Origin: a virus
Lineage: Duplodnaviria > Caudoviricetes
Virus record (IMG/VR): IMGVR_UViG_3300021089_000280
Span: 1 to 24,207 of that record
Length of the DNA stretch: 24,207 nucleotides
Strand: one strand, 5' to 3'
Position 1 is the stretch's first letter, and every line of letters starts with the position of its first letter. Under the pieces are notes generated by a model. That model made no database searches. It was given only the letters and a program-made list of their open reading frames with translations, and had not been told where the DNA came from. Positions 8,973 through 17,588 of the stretch are shown here, piece by piece. The translations under genes and the position numbers were made by a program.

Positions 8973-9531
8973 AATTAAATGGAAAGAATTTCGTAAAATT
9001 ATTGATGGCAAATTAGACAGAGGTAGTTTGGCCTATGATGCCTATGTTAGTAAAGATCAATATTTAATGCATTTTGATAGTGAATTTTTCTTTAAAAAAG
9101 AACTAGAACATATGGAAAGGTTATCTGAAAAATCATATGCACCAGAAGTAGATAAAATAGATTTAGAAAAATTGATGATTTATCTTCCTCTTTATGATAA
9201 TTTAAATCATTTAATTGCAGAAAACAAAGCACCCGATGATTGGAAAGAACAAGTGCATAAAATTATTGAAGACCTAGAACGGATGAATGTTTGGAAACTA
9301 AACTTGTTTACTCATTGCTTTTATGTAAAAGAAGGATCATTACATATAATAGATCTTTATGGTTGTGTATTTGATGATGAAATTGTTACGTTTGGTCAAA
9401 TTGATCCTATTTTATCAAAACGATCAAGGAATCTTTTCTTACAGTTTAAAGAATTAGATGGAATTGTTGATATGAGAGAAGCATATAGATATAGCAAAGT
9501 AAACAATGTTTGGGGATTACGTGATGATTGA
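8965..9531 (+). CDS. Degenerate protein-kinase-like fold protein
   Basis: TTG start with GGAG at 8954-8957. FKKEL...APEV..ID, WKLNLFTHCF (catalytic-loop position) and IIDLYG (DFG position); paralogue of 11731..12438. Confidence 0.55.
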   Translation: MTEIKWKEFRKIIDGKLDRGSLAYDAYVSKDQYLMHFDSEFFFKKELEHMERLSEKSYAPEVDKIDLEKLMIYLPLYDNLNHLIAENKAPDDWKEQVHKIIEDLERMNVWKLNLFTHCFYVKEGSLHIIDLYGCVFDDEIVTFGQIDPILSKRSRNLFLQFKELDGIVDMREAYRYSKVNNVWGLRDD

Positions 9532-10021
9532 TTGGGATAATATCCTAGAAGAAATTAAAGATAATCCAGGTCAAAATGCTCCGTTTAGATTACCTTTAGA
9601 TGAACCAGTAGTAAGAAAGATGATAGATGATTTAAAAGGATATCCATCAGAATCAATTGAATGGTTTAATTATTATCCTGCTGTAGATTTTAATGTTCGT
9701 GTAGTAAAGGAATTTAGTGATCTTGTAGAAAAGGAATGTGTTCGTGCGTGGATTAGTAAAATTAATCCAGGAAAAACAGCACCGTGGCATTGGGACTGGG
9801 ACGCTAATGAACAGTCATATCTTAAGAAAGGGGACCTAGTTAGATTTCATGTAAGTATAAGTCCACCTTCACCAGGTCATGTGTTTATGGTTGATGATAA
9901 ATGTTTTTATAATGAAAGGCAAGGTACAATATATGAATGGGAAAATCATAGGTCATATCATGCTGGAGCAAATTGCGGAAGCAAACCAAAGTTCCTTTTT
10001 AATTTTTTAGGTTATAGATAA
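9524..10021 (+). CDS. Asp/Asn beta-hydroxylase-like Fe(II)/2OG oxygenase
   Basis: ISKINPGKTAPWHWD...RFH...YHAGANCG..PK (HxD...H). Likely start at ATG 9524 after GGGGA, rather than 9506. Confidence 0.75.
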   Translation: MIDWDNILEEIKDNPGQNAPFRLPLDEPVVRKMIDDLKGYPSESIEWFNYYPAVDFNVRVVKEFSDLVEKECVRAWISKINPGKTAPWHWDWDANEQSYLKKGDLVRFHVSISPPSPGHVFMVDDKCFYNERQGTIYEWENHRSYHAGANCGSKPKFLFNFLGYR

Positions 10022-10929
10022 TGAAATTAGTACAAGTTCCTGACACATATACAGAAGAACATATTAATAGTGATAGACTAGGAGGAATGATCCCTTTATT
10101 TGATAAACGGATAGAGAAATTAATACATAATTTAAAAACTAAGAATATTGAATTTTTAGATCATACATTAATGACGTTAAATGAAAAGGTTGGTGTAGAT
10201 TTATTTGAACGCTTTAAACATGATTTTACTAATCATTTAAAGTCATCTATGTATAATCATTTAACTGGCTTTGAAGCATTTAAAGAAGTAGATATTATTG
10301 CAGGCTGTACACAATTCTTTGATGACTTATATGTTATGAATAAAGACATACAAGTTTTACAAAACGAATACAAATATCACGAATTATTAAATCCTAATTT
10401 ACAATATAGAACAGTTGAATCATTAAGAGCTCATACTCCATTAGTTATTAGTTTACCTTTTAGCTTTCATGGTCAAGAGCATCCAGAGATGGATAAAATT
10501 TTAGAAGAATGTTTAGAGCGATATATACCAGTGCATATAGATTCAGCTTGGATACCTGCTAGTAGAGACATTTGTTTTAATTATGATCACCCTGCTATAC
10601 ATTCTTTTGCTATAAGCATGAGTAAAGGATATGGTACTGCTGGTTGGAATCGTATAGGGTTACGTTGGCAAAGAACACGTAAAGGTTATGACACTATTAA
10701 CATATTAAAAGACTATCATCAAATAACTACATATCCTGTAGCAGTTGGATTATATTTTTTAGATAACTTATTACCAGATCATTTGTGGGCTACACACAAA
10801 GAACGTAATGAGAAAATTTGTAAAGACTTTGGTTTAACACAAACGAAAGCAATTCATATGGCTAGGAATGGTGAAACAAATTATGGGCTTTCGCCTTTAA
10901 TTAGATATTTGGAGTATAATAATGCTTAG
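10021..10929 (+). CDS. PLP-dependent fold-type I enzyme (aminotransferase-like)
   Basis: VHIDSAW (pyridine-binding Asp), SMSKG (Schiff-base Lys) and downstream RIG; short for the family. Confidence 0.7.
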   Translation: MKLVQVPDTYTEEHINSDRLGGMIPLFDKRIEKLIHNLKTKNIEFLDHTLMTLNEKVGVDLFERFKHDFTNHLKSSMYNHLTGFEAFKEVDIIAGCTQFFDDLYVMNKDIQVLQNEYKYHELLNPNLQYRTVESLRAHTPLVISLPFSFHGQEHPEMDKILEECLERYIPVHIDSAWIPASRDICFNYDHPAIHSFAISMSKGYGTAGWNRIGLRWQRTRKGYDTINILKDYHQITTYPVAVGLYFLDNLLPDHLWATHKERNEKICKDFGLTQTKAIHMARNGETNYGLSPLIRYLEYNNA

Positions 10930-11731
10930 AGGAATTGGCGGGCAACCGTATATTGCATTAGATAATTATCTAGATATCGACGGATTTAAAAAACTCAATC
11001 CAGAAATTTGCAAAGGATTTGCTTTAGCAAGGGAATATGCAAAAGAAGGAACTTGGATGGAGCCTGGATTTAAGTTTGATGATATGAGTTACGTTTTAAA
11101 TTGGAAACCTATTTATAAAGCATTTGCAGAGTATCAGGAATTACCCGCTGACGACCCAATTAAAATTCAAGGTGCTGAAATATTTCCAAAAGATTTTAAG
11201 GATTATAAACAAAGAAATTTATTTACACGATATCTTAAAGGAGCATTAGGAGCCAACGATCCTTACATATATTATTTTCTTTGGGAAGAAGGTGATTGGC
11301 ATAAACGTAATGCTGAACGTAAACCAACAGAAGAAGCAAAATATTTTCCTGGTGTTGTAAAGTGGGTTGAAGACTTAATTGAAAAAAATGTTATTACACA
11401 AATAGGAAGAGTTATCTTTTTTCATTGTGAACATGACGGTCATGCGTTCGAACATCGTGACCTAGATGGCTCTAAAGGTACCGATCAAGGCTTTAGTCCG
11501 CATAACAATGAGTTTATTCATATAAGATATAGAACTAAAAGAGGCTTTTATATATGGGATCCTGAAGCTAAACAGAAACATTATGTTAATTCTTGTGCCG
11601 CTTTTTGGAATGATCAAGATTGGCATGGTGGTGAAACTAGTAATGAACAAGAGTATGGTTTAAGAATCGACTGTAAGTTTAGTGATCGCTTTAGAGAAGA
11701 AATAGGTATAGCCTACCTGGAGCATTATTAA
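10922..11731 (+). CDS. Putative Fe(II)/2OG-type oxygenase (DSBH fold)
   Basis: GRVIFF...FEHRD...DWHGG...LRID pattern in the C-terminal half (HxD...H...R). Confidence 0.55.
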   Translation: MLRGIGGQPYIALDNYLDIDGFKKLNPEICKGFALAREYAKEGTWMEPGFKFDDMSYVLNWKPIYKAFAEYQELPADDPIKIQGAEIFPKDFKDYKQRNLFTRYLKGALGANDPYIYYFLWEEGDWHKRNAERKPTEEAKYFPGVVKWVEDLIEKNVITQIGRVIFFHCEHDGHAFEHRDLDGSKGTDQGFSPHNNEFIHIRYRTKRGFYIWDPEAKQKHYVNSCAAFWNDQDWHGGETSNEQEYGLRIDCKFSDRFREEIGIAYLEHY

Positions 11732-12438
11732 TGAACTATAATTATTATTACAATAACGTTCCTGGTAAAGGTCAATGTAGAAATAACTTAATTTATACAA
11801 GCCTTATGAGTGAGGACAAGACTGAATTTGTACAGTGGTATTACAATGATACAGAATATCATAATGGACAAAATGAAGTTGTTGATCCTGCTTTAATGCA
11901 ACAAAAATGGGAAAGAGAACTTATATTTTTACAGTTTATGGAATCAGAAGCACCCAATATGATTCCACGAATTATAGATATTGATGATGAGCAACGTAAG
12001 ATTTTTCTTGAAGTCCAAGGTCCAGATTTTTGGGAACAGGCAAGATGTAATCAAGATAATTTTAATTCAGTTTGCCCAGACTGGCAAGAGCAGATGTTAG
12101 ACATACTTGAAGTTCAACAAGATTTAGGTCTTTTTAAATTTAGTTTGCACCCTAGTAGCTATTTTTTAGTTAACGGAAGATTGAAAAGTATTAATTATTT
12201 CTTTTGTTATTCACAAGAAGAACAGTTAATCACAGTTAATGAACATTTAAGTCATATTAGTCGTGATAGACAAAAAGAATTATTCCCACAAATGGAATTA
12301 AAAGGTATTAGTGTTAATGAACCTCAGCAATATAGAGACTTACAGATGTTATGTTTTGATAGTTTCGCTAGTGATTATCCTGCAGAATTTATAGAAGAAG
12401 CAAAGAAGATATATAGTGTACAAAATAATCCCTTATAA
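11731..12438 (+). CDS. Degenerate protein-kinase-like fold protein
   Basis: WERELIFL...IPRIIDID...IFLE, DWQEQ, FKFSLHPSSYF, SINYFFC; colinear with 8965..9531. Confidence 0.55.
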   Translation: MNYNYYYNNVPGKGQCRNNLIYTSLMSEDKTEFVQWYYNDTEYHNGQNEVVDPALMQQKWERELIFLQFMESEAPNMIPRIIDIDDEQRKIFLEVQGPDFWEQARCNQDNFNSVCPDWQEQMLDILEVQQDLGLFKFSLHPSSYFLVNGRLKSINYFFCYSQEEQLITVNEHLSHISRDRQKELFPQMELKGISVNEPQQYRDLQMLCFDSFASDYPAEFIEEAKKIYSVQNNPL

Positions 12439-12982
12439 TGAATCAATAGACCTTACTGAATTTTATAAAGAAGCACATCAAAGAGGATTGCATAATAATT
12501 CTACTAAGAAAATGCTCTTTGATAGTATTAGTAATGAACGTGAATGGCAAGTATGGATTTTATATTATAATAATGAAATAGTTGGTACTACAGCCGCCCA
12601 TAGTTTAGATATTATGGGAAATAATTGTTATAGAATTGCCGCACGAAGTTGTGTGTTTACTGATAAATTGCCTTTAAATCATATAAGAACATTAACAGGA
12701 ATTAAAGAACATCAAAATGCTACAGCTCAGTTTCTGATTCCTATTTGTATCGAATGGCAACCATATGCTAACTTATATATTACTTCTAACGAACATGAAC
12801 AGGGTACTCAAAGACAAGTTCATAGGATTTTTTGTCCTGCTTTAGAAAAGACAGGTGCTTTAAATAAGGTAGCTGAAAAGGAATATAGAGGTCATAAACA
12901 AACTTTTTGGGAAGTTAATGTTGATGTTTATTATAGACAGTTAGATGAATTTGGCCGATGGCCAATTGAAGGATTAGTGTAA
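12416..12982 (+). CDS. Hypothetical protein, possibly GNAT-fold acyltransferase
   Basis: GTG start, 188 aa; VWILYYNNEIVG...RIAARSCV...LYITS strand pattern resembles GNATs, but no clear motif A. Confidence 0.45.
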   Translation: MYKIIPYNESIDLTEFYKEAHQRGLHNNSTKKMLFDSISNEREWQVWILYYNNEIVGTTAAHSLDIMGNNCYRIAARSCVFTDKLPLNHIRTLTGIKEHQNATAQFLIPICIEWQPYANLYITSNEHEQGTQRQVHRIFCPALEKTGALNKVAEKEYRGHKQTFWEVNVDVYYRQLDEFGRWPIEGLV

Positions 12983-14332
12983 TGCTACCCAAGCCGCGCC
13001 TGTGCGTCCTTGGAATTCACTATCAGTAGTATTATAAATTATCATTCCGGCTTCAGCCGTTAATGCATCTCTTTCAACAGTAGTTAAGTTACCTACTTTA
13101 TGATAACCACTAACTCGTGCGTTACCTGTAACGTCTAATGCTGAAGTTGAATCTGCAACTCCTGTTCCACCAACGCAAAGTCTTCCAGCACTATCAACTG
13201 TTATACCAGCCCATGTACTACCACCATCCGGTGTTGAAATAAGATATATTTTTCCTGGTACTGCACCAGTGGCAATTGTAGCACCCGGTTCAACACTCCA
13301 CTGAATCATACTTGATACTGTGTCTTCGTTAGTGCCGTCGTGTCCGTGTACTTTAATTGATGTTAGCTCGTCGCCTGCTTGTACAACTGTTTTAGTTGCT
13401 AAATTTCCTCTTGAAACTTTGTAAACTATACCTGTAGATTGTGTTCCAGTTGATAAACTTTGTACTTCAATAATTTTATCTGAAGCCGCACCAGCTTTGA
13501 AATTAATTCCTTGTGTTGAAACATCAGTATCTCGTCCAATTGTTAATTTTCTACCAATGCCTGGCGTAGAAGTTATATCAAGATAGCCTTCACTAAATGT
13601 AACTGTACCATTACTGAGTGTTCCGTTTAATCCATCTACTAATACTGTTGAGTCGTCTGCAAATACAGAACCTTTAACATCACCTGTTACTGTTCCTGTA
13701 AAACTTGACGCTTGTAAACTTCCAGAAAATACTCCACTAACTGCATTTACAGCCTTTGAAGTTGCATTAAAAAATGATGAGTTATCAGTTGCATCAACAT
13801 CACCTTTAAATGTTCCTGTTGCGTTTAAGGCTCCAGTTGCTTTATTAAGTAAAACAGTAGAGTCGTCTGCAACAATATTGGCATTAACGTTTCCGGCGTT
13901 AACATCTTGAGTTACATGAATGGTATTATACCATCCTTGATTAAATTTATTAGTTGAAGAGCCAATGTTTCTTGCTCCGTCAACATCAGGAATAACATGA
14001 CTTTCTACTTTAGCAAGAATATTAACTGTATCTGATGTAGCATCACCTATTGTAAGGTTACCGCCGAGTGTAAGATCTCCGTCTGCTGTAATACTACCTG
14101 TTACAGTAATATTACCATCTGTATTGATGTTACCTGTACCAGTAATATTGTAGTTATTTAGATCTAAATTTGACCCTAAAAACTCACCTGCTGTATCAAC
14201 AGGATTTCCACCAGCTTGTGTTCCATCGCCGATATATAGTCTTTTGGTATCTGTAGTGTATATTAATTCACCATCTGCTGGTGTTATTAATACTCTTTCT
14301 GCGTTTGTACCTCTGCGTAGTCTTAAAGCCAT
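12974..14332 (-). CDS. Tail-fibre/virion structural protein with Mtd-N (major tropism determinant N-terminal)-like module
   Basis: N-terminus LRLRRGT..ER....PADGELIYTTDTKRLYIGDG; Gly/Thr/Asn/Asp-rich beta-repeat body; GGAG RBS at 14343-14346; ATAAATA upstream. Confidence 0.75.
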   Translation of the reverse strand: MALRLRRGTNAERVLITPADGELIYTTDTKRLYIGDGTQAGGNPVDTAGEFLGSNLDLNNYNITGTGNINTDGNITVTGSITADGDLTLGGNLTIGDATSDTVNILAKVESHVIPDVDGARNIGSSTNKFNQGWYNTIHVTQDVNAGNVNANIVADDSTVLLNKATGALNATGTFKGDVDATDNSSFFNATSKAVNAVSGVFSGSLQASSFTGTVTGDVKGSVFADDSTVLVDGLNGTLSNGTVTFSEGYLDITSTPGIGRKLTIGRDTDVSTQGINFKAGAASDKIIEVQSLSTGTQSTGIVYKVSRGNLATKTVVQAGDELTSIKVHGHDGTNEDTVSSMIQWSVEPGATIATGAVPGKIYLISTPDGGSTWAGITVDSAGRLCVGGTGVADSTSALDVTGNARVSGYHKVGNLTTVERDALTAEAGMIIYNTTDSEFQGRTGAAWVALH

Positions 14333-14361
14333 TTATTGTTCACTCCTGGATATCGTATATG

Positions 14362-14368
14362 TATTTAT
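14362..14368 (-). promoter_or_regulatory. Late-promoter-like ATAAATA upstream of the tail-fibre-like gene
   Basis: CATAAATA about 30 nt before the ATG; second copy at 14380-14386; resembles the T4 late promoter TATAAATA. Confidence 0.55.
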
Positions 14369-14382
14369 GCCATTAACATTAT

Positions 14383-14703
14383 TTATTTGTTCTTCTTCAA
14401 GAAGCCCCGGGTACGTTTTTGTATATCCTTTTTCACACGATCTGTATCTACTCTGAAATCAATGTGTTTAATAGTGTTTTCATACGTGATGAAGAGATCA
14501 TGTAGGGTTTTTTCTAGCTTATTTACAGGGTTTTTATTCTGGGGATTGTCGTTCATTACGACATCCCAGACCTTACCGTTAGAGAATTCCACCCTTACAG
14601 AATGCAAATATTGAAGCGGAATGGCCTTAATATCTATGTCTTTAAATACTTCGGGCCATTTGTCAATAACATTTTGTGGTAGACGCTTCCTAGGCCTTGC
14701 CAC
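14383..14703 (-). CDS. Hypothetical protein
   Basis: 106 aa ORF, GTG start overlapping the upstream gene, basic termini. Confidence 0.7.
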   Translation of the reverse strand: MARPRKRLPQNVIDKWPEVFKDIDIKAIPLQYLHSVRVEFSNGKVWDVVMNDNPQNKNPVNKLEKTLHDLFITYENTIKHIDFRVDTDRVKKDIQKRTRGFLKKNK

Positions 14704-15289
14704 GAGCGGTAGTCTTCTTGCTAGGGCTCAGTTCTTCTGCTTGTTTCCGAAGATCAGTTGCTTCTTTGAATAGACCATCTGCATCTGCACGTAGTTTAGT
14801 AGCTAATTTTTCGTCTGATAACGGTGTTTCAGCAGTTTGACTCTCTGCGGATGCATCGGGAGTTTCAAGTGTACGAACCTCGCCAACTTCCTCTACAGAA
14901 CTTCCACCTACTGCAAGATCTTTGATCGCTACACCTTTTATTTCTGCAATCTGTTTGTTAAGCTCGTCAAGGCTTACTACAGTTGAAGGGTTTGGTGTCA
15001 TTTCAACGTTAGACGTACTAACTTTAGTTAGGTTTCCTGTTGTATGGAAACGTGCTAACATTATGCTACCGTCACCAAGTGGTGTACGTTGCATAGCATC
15101 TGCAAGTTCGTCAGCAACTTGACCTGTGTTACTTTCAATTAATGTCATTAAAAGATCATGGTCAGCGTCGCGTAAATTTTCAGTCGGACATACTAGGCAA
15201 CTTTCAGGTTCTCCTGGTAATGTACGGAAGACAACAGCCACTTTACGTCCTGTTTTCTTCATTCGACCGATATGTTTTAAGTCAGCCAT
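14690..15289 (-). CDS. Hypothetical protein with C-terminal coiled-coil-like segment
   Basis: 199 aa, GGAG RBS, TAATG coupling with the upstream stop. Confidence 0.8.
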   Translation of the reverse strand: MADLKHIGRMKKTGRKVAVVFRTLPGEPESCLVCPTENLRDADHDLLMTLIESNTGQVADELADAMQRTPLGDGSIMLARFHTTGNLTKVSTSNVEMTPNPSTVVSLDELNKQIAEIKGVAIKDLAVGGSSVEEVGEVRTLETPDASAESQTAETPLSDEKLATKLRADADGLFKEATDLRKQAEELSPSKKTTARGKA

Positions 15290-15642
15290 TATTTGTCTCC
15301 TGTTGTAGCTGGCTTGGCTGGCGTTGCCGGAGCATTGCCTGTTGCCGCTACTTGTTGATTTTGAATACTAGTTAAAAATGTTTCTAACTTTGTATATGTT
15401 TTACCGACTGCTTCTAGTTCGTTGGCTTTAAATGCCCCACGACTTTGAGCAACTTCGATAACAGTTTTTAACACTCCTAAATCTTGAACTGTTAGTTCAG
15501 GATTACCTGGGGCTGGCCCGTCGGCCGGCGCACCTGTAGGAGGTAGTGTTGTAGCTGATGGTGTTGTCGGAGCCGTCGGAGCCGCTTGAGGCGGAGTAGC
15601 CGAGGTTCCTTCTGTTGCCATCGCTTGTTTTCCATCTGACAT
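15289..15642 (-). CDS. Hypothetical protein with Pro/Ala/Thr-rich arms around a short helical core
   Basis: AGGAG RBS at about 15650-15654; low-complexity termini flank ELTVQDL...SRGAFKANEL...FL. Confidence 0.8.
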   Translation of the reverse strand: MSDGKQAMATEGTSATPPQAAPTAPTTPSATTLPPTGAPADGPAPGNPELTVQDLGVLKTVIEVAQSRGAFKANELEAVGKTYTKLETFLTSIQNQQVAATGNAPATPAKPATTGDK

Positions 15643-15685
15643 ATATGTTCTCCTTTTAGATGTATTGTATATTATATACGTATAT

Positions 15686-15692
15686 TATTTAT
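15686..15692 (-). promoter_or_regulatory. Late-promoter-like ATAAATA (a TATAAT also lies at 15671-15676)
   Basis: Located in the AT-rich gap upstream of 15642; no good -35 found for the TATAAT. Confidence 0.4.
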
Positions 15693-15985
15693 TAGTACTT
15701 TAAAAGTGGACACGCCAACATGAAATAAGAAAGCTCTTTTGGGTCTTCAAATCCGAGGTTTATCATGGTTGAAACAGCATTTTCCTTGTCCAAAGCTACT
15801 TTCTTACCAATAAAGAACCTACTTTTCAGATTATTCATTATCCATTTTGTAATAGCATCTTCTAAGTTATAGTTTTGCTTTAGAGTAATGTATTCAAAGT
15901 GTGGGGGAGCCACATTGAGTTGCCTTATACCGAAATAGTTTAGGGCATTGGGTTGGCCTGTTTTTTGTAACATTATGGTTTGCAT
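15692..15985 (-). CDS. Hypothetical protein
   Basis: 97 aa ORF in operon context; start may be the second ATG (15973). Confidence 0.7.
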   Translation of the reverse strand: MQTIMLQKTGQPNALNYFGIRQLNVAPPHFEYITLKQNYNLEDAITKWIMNNLKSRFFIGKKVALDKENAVSTMINLGFEDPKELSYFMLACPLLKY

Positions 15986-15990
15986 ACCTT

Positions 15991-16197
15991 CTATATATAT
16001 TTAAATTGTTTCTTCTTCGACCATCCATCAGTAGTTAAGTCTTTTAAAGGATCTTTTATTTGTTTAATATCGCTCACAAGATTAGGAGCGAACCGCTCAG
16101 CTATATCTTCTCCTGTATCGCTATATACAAAAGTTTTAATAGTCCTAACTTTGGACGGGTGCATATATTTGAGTTTAAAACTCCAAGCCTTTGTCAT
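15991..16197 (-). CDS. Small hypothetical protein
   Basis: 68 aa; ATGA overlap with the vWA gene stop; fills the gap. Confidence 0.6.
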   Translation of the reverse strand: MTKAWSFKLKYMHPSKVRTIKTFVYSDTGEDIAERFAPNLVSDIKQIKDPLKDLTTDGWSKKKQFKYI

Positions 16198-17486
16198 CCT
16201 TCATAATGCGCCGTAACACCGAATGGTGCTTTTAAGTTCTTATCATGATGTCCATGAATGATGAATACTGTTTCACAGTAGTTTTCATCACCCCAGCTAT
16301 CCCAAGGATAACCATCAGTAAACATTATGAAACGTTTTGGATTAATACCTTCTTTTTCCATATATTTCCAATTCGCCATAAAGTCTGTTCCGCCGCCTCC
16401 AATAATTTTGTATTCTGATAACTCGTTACCATTATCAGCAGTAAAGTCTTCTTCGCCATATACTTTAGTATCAAAGCACCATAGCTTAATTCTGTAGTCC
16501 TGATACTCTTGCATAATGCCTTGTACTTCGCTTAGAAATATATTAGCTTGTTCGTTTCCAATCGAACCACTCATATCAATTCCGATACAAATATCAATAG
16601 TTGTATCAAAAGTCATACCTGGAAGAATTGCTCCTGTATGCCATCCCTTGCGTGATGGACGTTGGAAAGAGTAATCATTTTTAATAGTGCTTTGGATCTG
16701 CTGACGTAACAGTTCACGCCAGTTCATTTTAGGTTCAGTAAGTTCCTTAATAAAACGGTCAACTTCACCTGGAATGTTACCAGCACCTGCGGCCTGTGCC
16801 GCACCTAGCATACTTTCCTTAACTTCGTCACGGATTTTACGGAGCTCATCTTTAGAATAGCTTGGAGGTCCGTTACCTTCTTTTTTACCGTCTTTGGTCT
16901 TTTTAGAATTACCTTGGCTTGGCTGATTATCTTTATCCCAGTCAATATGTTCGTCAAGCAATTCGCCTAATTGTTCAAGCTCTTCTTCGTCATATTTTTT
17001 ATAAATTTCGTCGTAAACTTTTTCAGAAGTCCAACCGTCGTATTTAAAATCTTGGAAAATTGGAATATCTTTTGGTTTTGTACCAATTGAATCACGGATC
17101 AAAGTATTGTTAACAATATAGTCAGCCGCGATGTTATGGATTTGTGGATCTCGATCTTCACGTCTTGTCATATGATCGAAAACACAATGTAGAATTTCGT
17201 GAGCAATAACGAACTCAATTTCTTTGTTCGTCATTTTAGCAAAGAATCTTGAATTGTAAAATAAATGTCTACCATCAGTTGCGGCAGTACCACACCAGTC
17301 ATCACACTCTTTAATAATAAGCCTTGTGGCCATATTACCAAAAAATGGGTGGCGTAAAAGTAACCCAACTCTTGCTACAATAATTTTATCCAAAACTTCA
17401 GCTCGAAGATCTTTTAACTCTTCTGGAGTAAGTTTAACTTCTTCTGTTTTTGGTTTTTCTAAAGTAACTGTAGTCATCTGTGCCAT
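16194..17486 (-). CDS. Metallopeptidase-like (HExxH) plus vWA domain protein (DUF2201-like), MoxR partner
   Basis: TAATDG...AHEILH; charged linker; MIDAS DMSGS...GGGTDF...FTDG. Confidence 0.88.
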   Translation of the reverse strand: MAQMTTVTLEKPKTEEVKLTPEELKDLRAEVLDKIIVARVGLLLRHPFFGNMATRLIIKECDDWCGTAATDGRHLFYNSRFFAKMTNKEIEFVIAHEILHCVFDHMTRREDRDPQIHNIAADYIVNNTLIRDSIGTKPKDIPIFQDFKYDGWTSEKVYDEIYKKYDEEELEQLGELLDEHIDWDKDNQPSQGNSKKTKDGKKEGNGPPSYSKDELRKIRDEVKESMLGAAQAAGAGNIPGEVDRFIKELTEPKMNWRELLRQQIQSTIKNDYSFQRPSRKGWHTGAILPGMTFDTTIDICIGIDMSGSIGNEQANIFLSEVQGIMQEYQDYRIKLWCFDTKVYGEEDFTADNGNELSEYKIIGGGGTDFMANWKYMEKEGINPKRFIMFTDGYPWDSWGDENYCETVFIIHGHHDKNLKAPFGVTAHYEG

Positions 17487-17510
17487 TCCTCAATTTCTTA
17501 TTATATGTAT

Positions 17511-17539
17511 ATTATACTATATTTAATGTTCATTGTCAA
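17511..17539 (-). promoter_or_regulatory. Consensus sigma70 promoter TTGACA-N17-TATAAT for the vWA gene
   Basis: -35 at 17534-17539 and -10 at 17511-17516, perfect consensus; TAAATA embedded in the spacer (17520-17525). Confidence 0.85.
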
Positions 17540-17542
17540 CCG

Positions 17543-17572
17543 AAAAATGAAAGGGGATTAATTAAAATCCCC
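17543..17572 (-). terminator. Rho-independent terminator after the AAA+ ATPase gene
   Basis: GGGGATT-TTAATT-AATCCCC stem-loop (17553-17572) followed by TTTCATTTTT on the minus strand. Confidence 0.75.
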
Positions 17573-17588
17573 CTCCAAATAGCGTCTG

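Noticed and set aside
124-11650. Short antisense ORFs 124..324, 5263..5454 and 11462..11650
   Set aside because: They lie opposite well-supported genes and have no motifs; treated as shadow ORFs.
12974-14332. Diversity-generating retroelement suggested by the Mtd-N-like module
   Set aside because: No reverse transcriptase, no template/variable repeat pair and no C-terminal lectin-like variable region are seen in the window.
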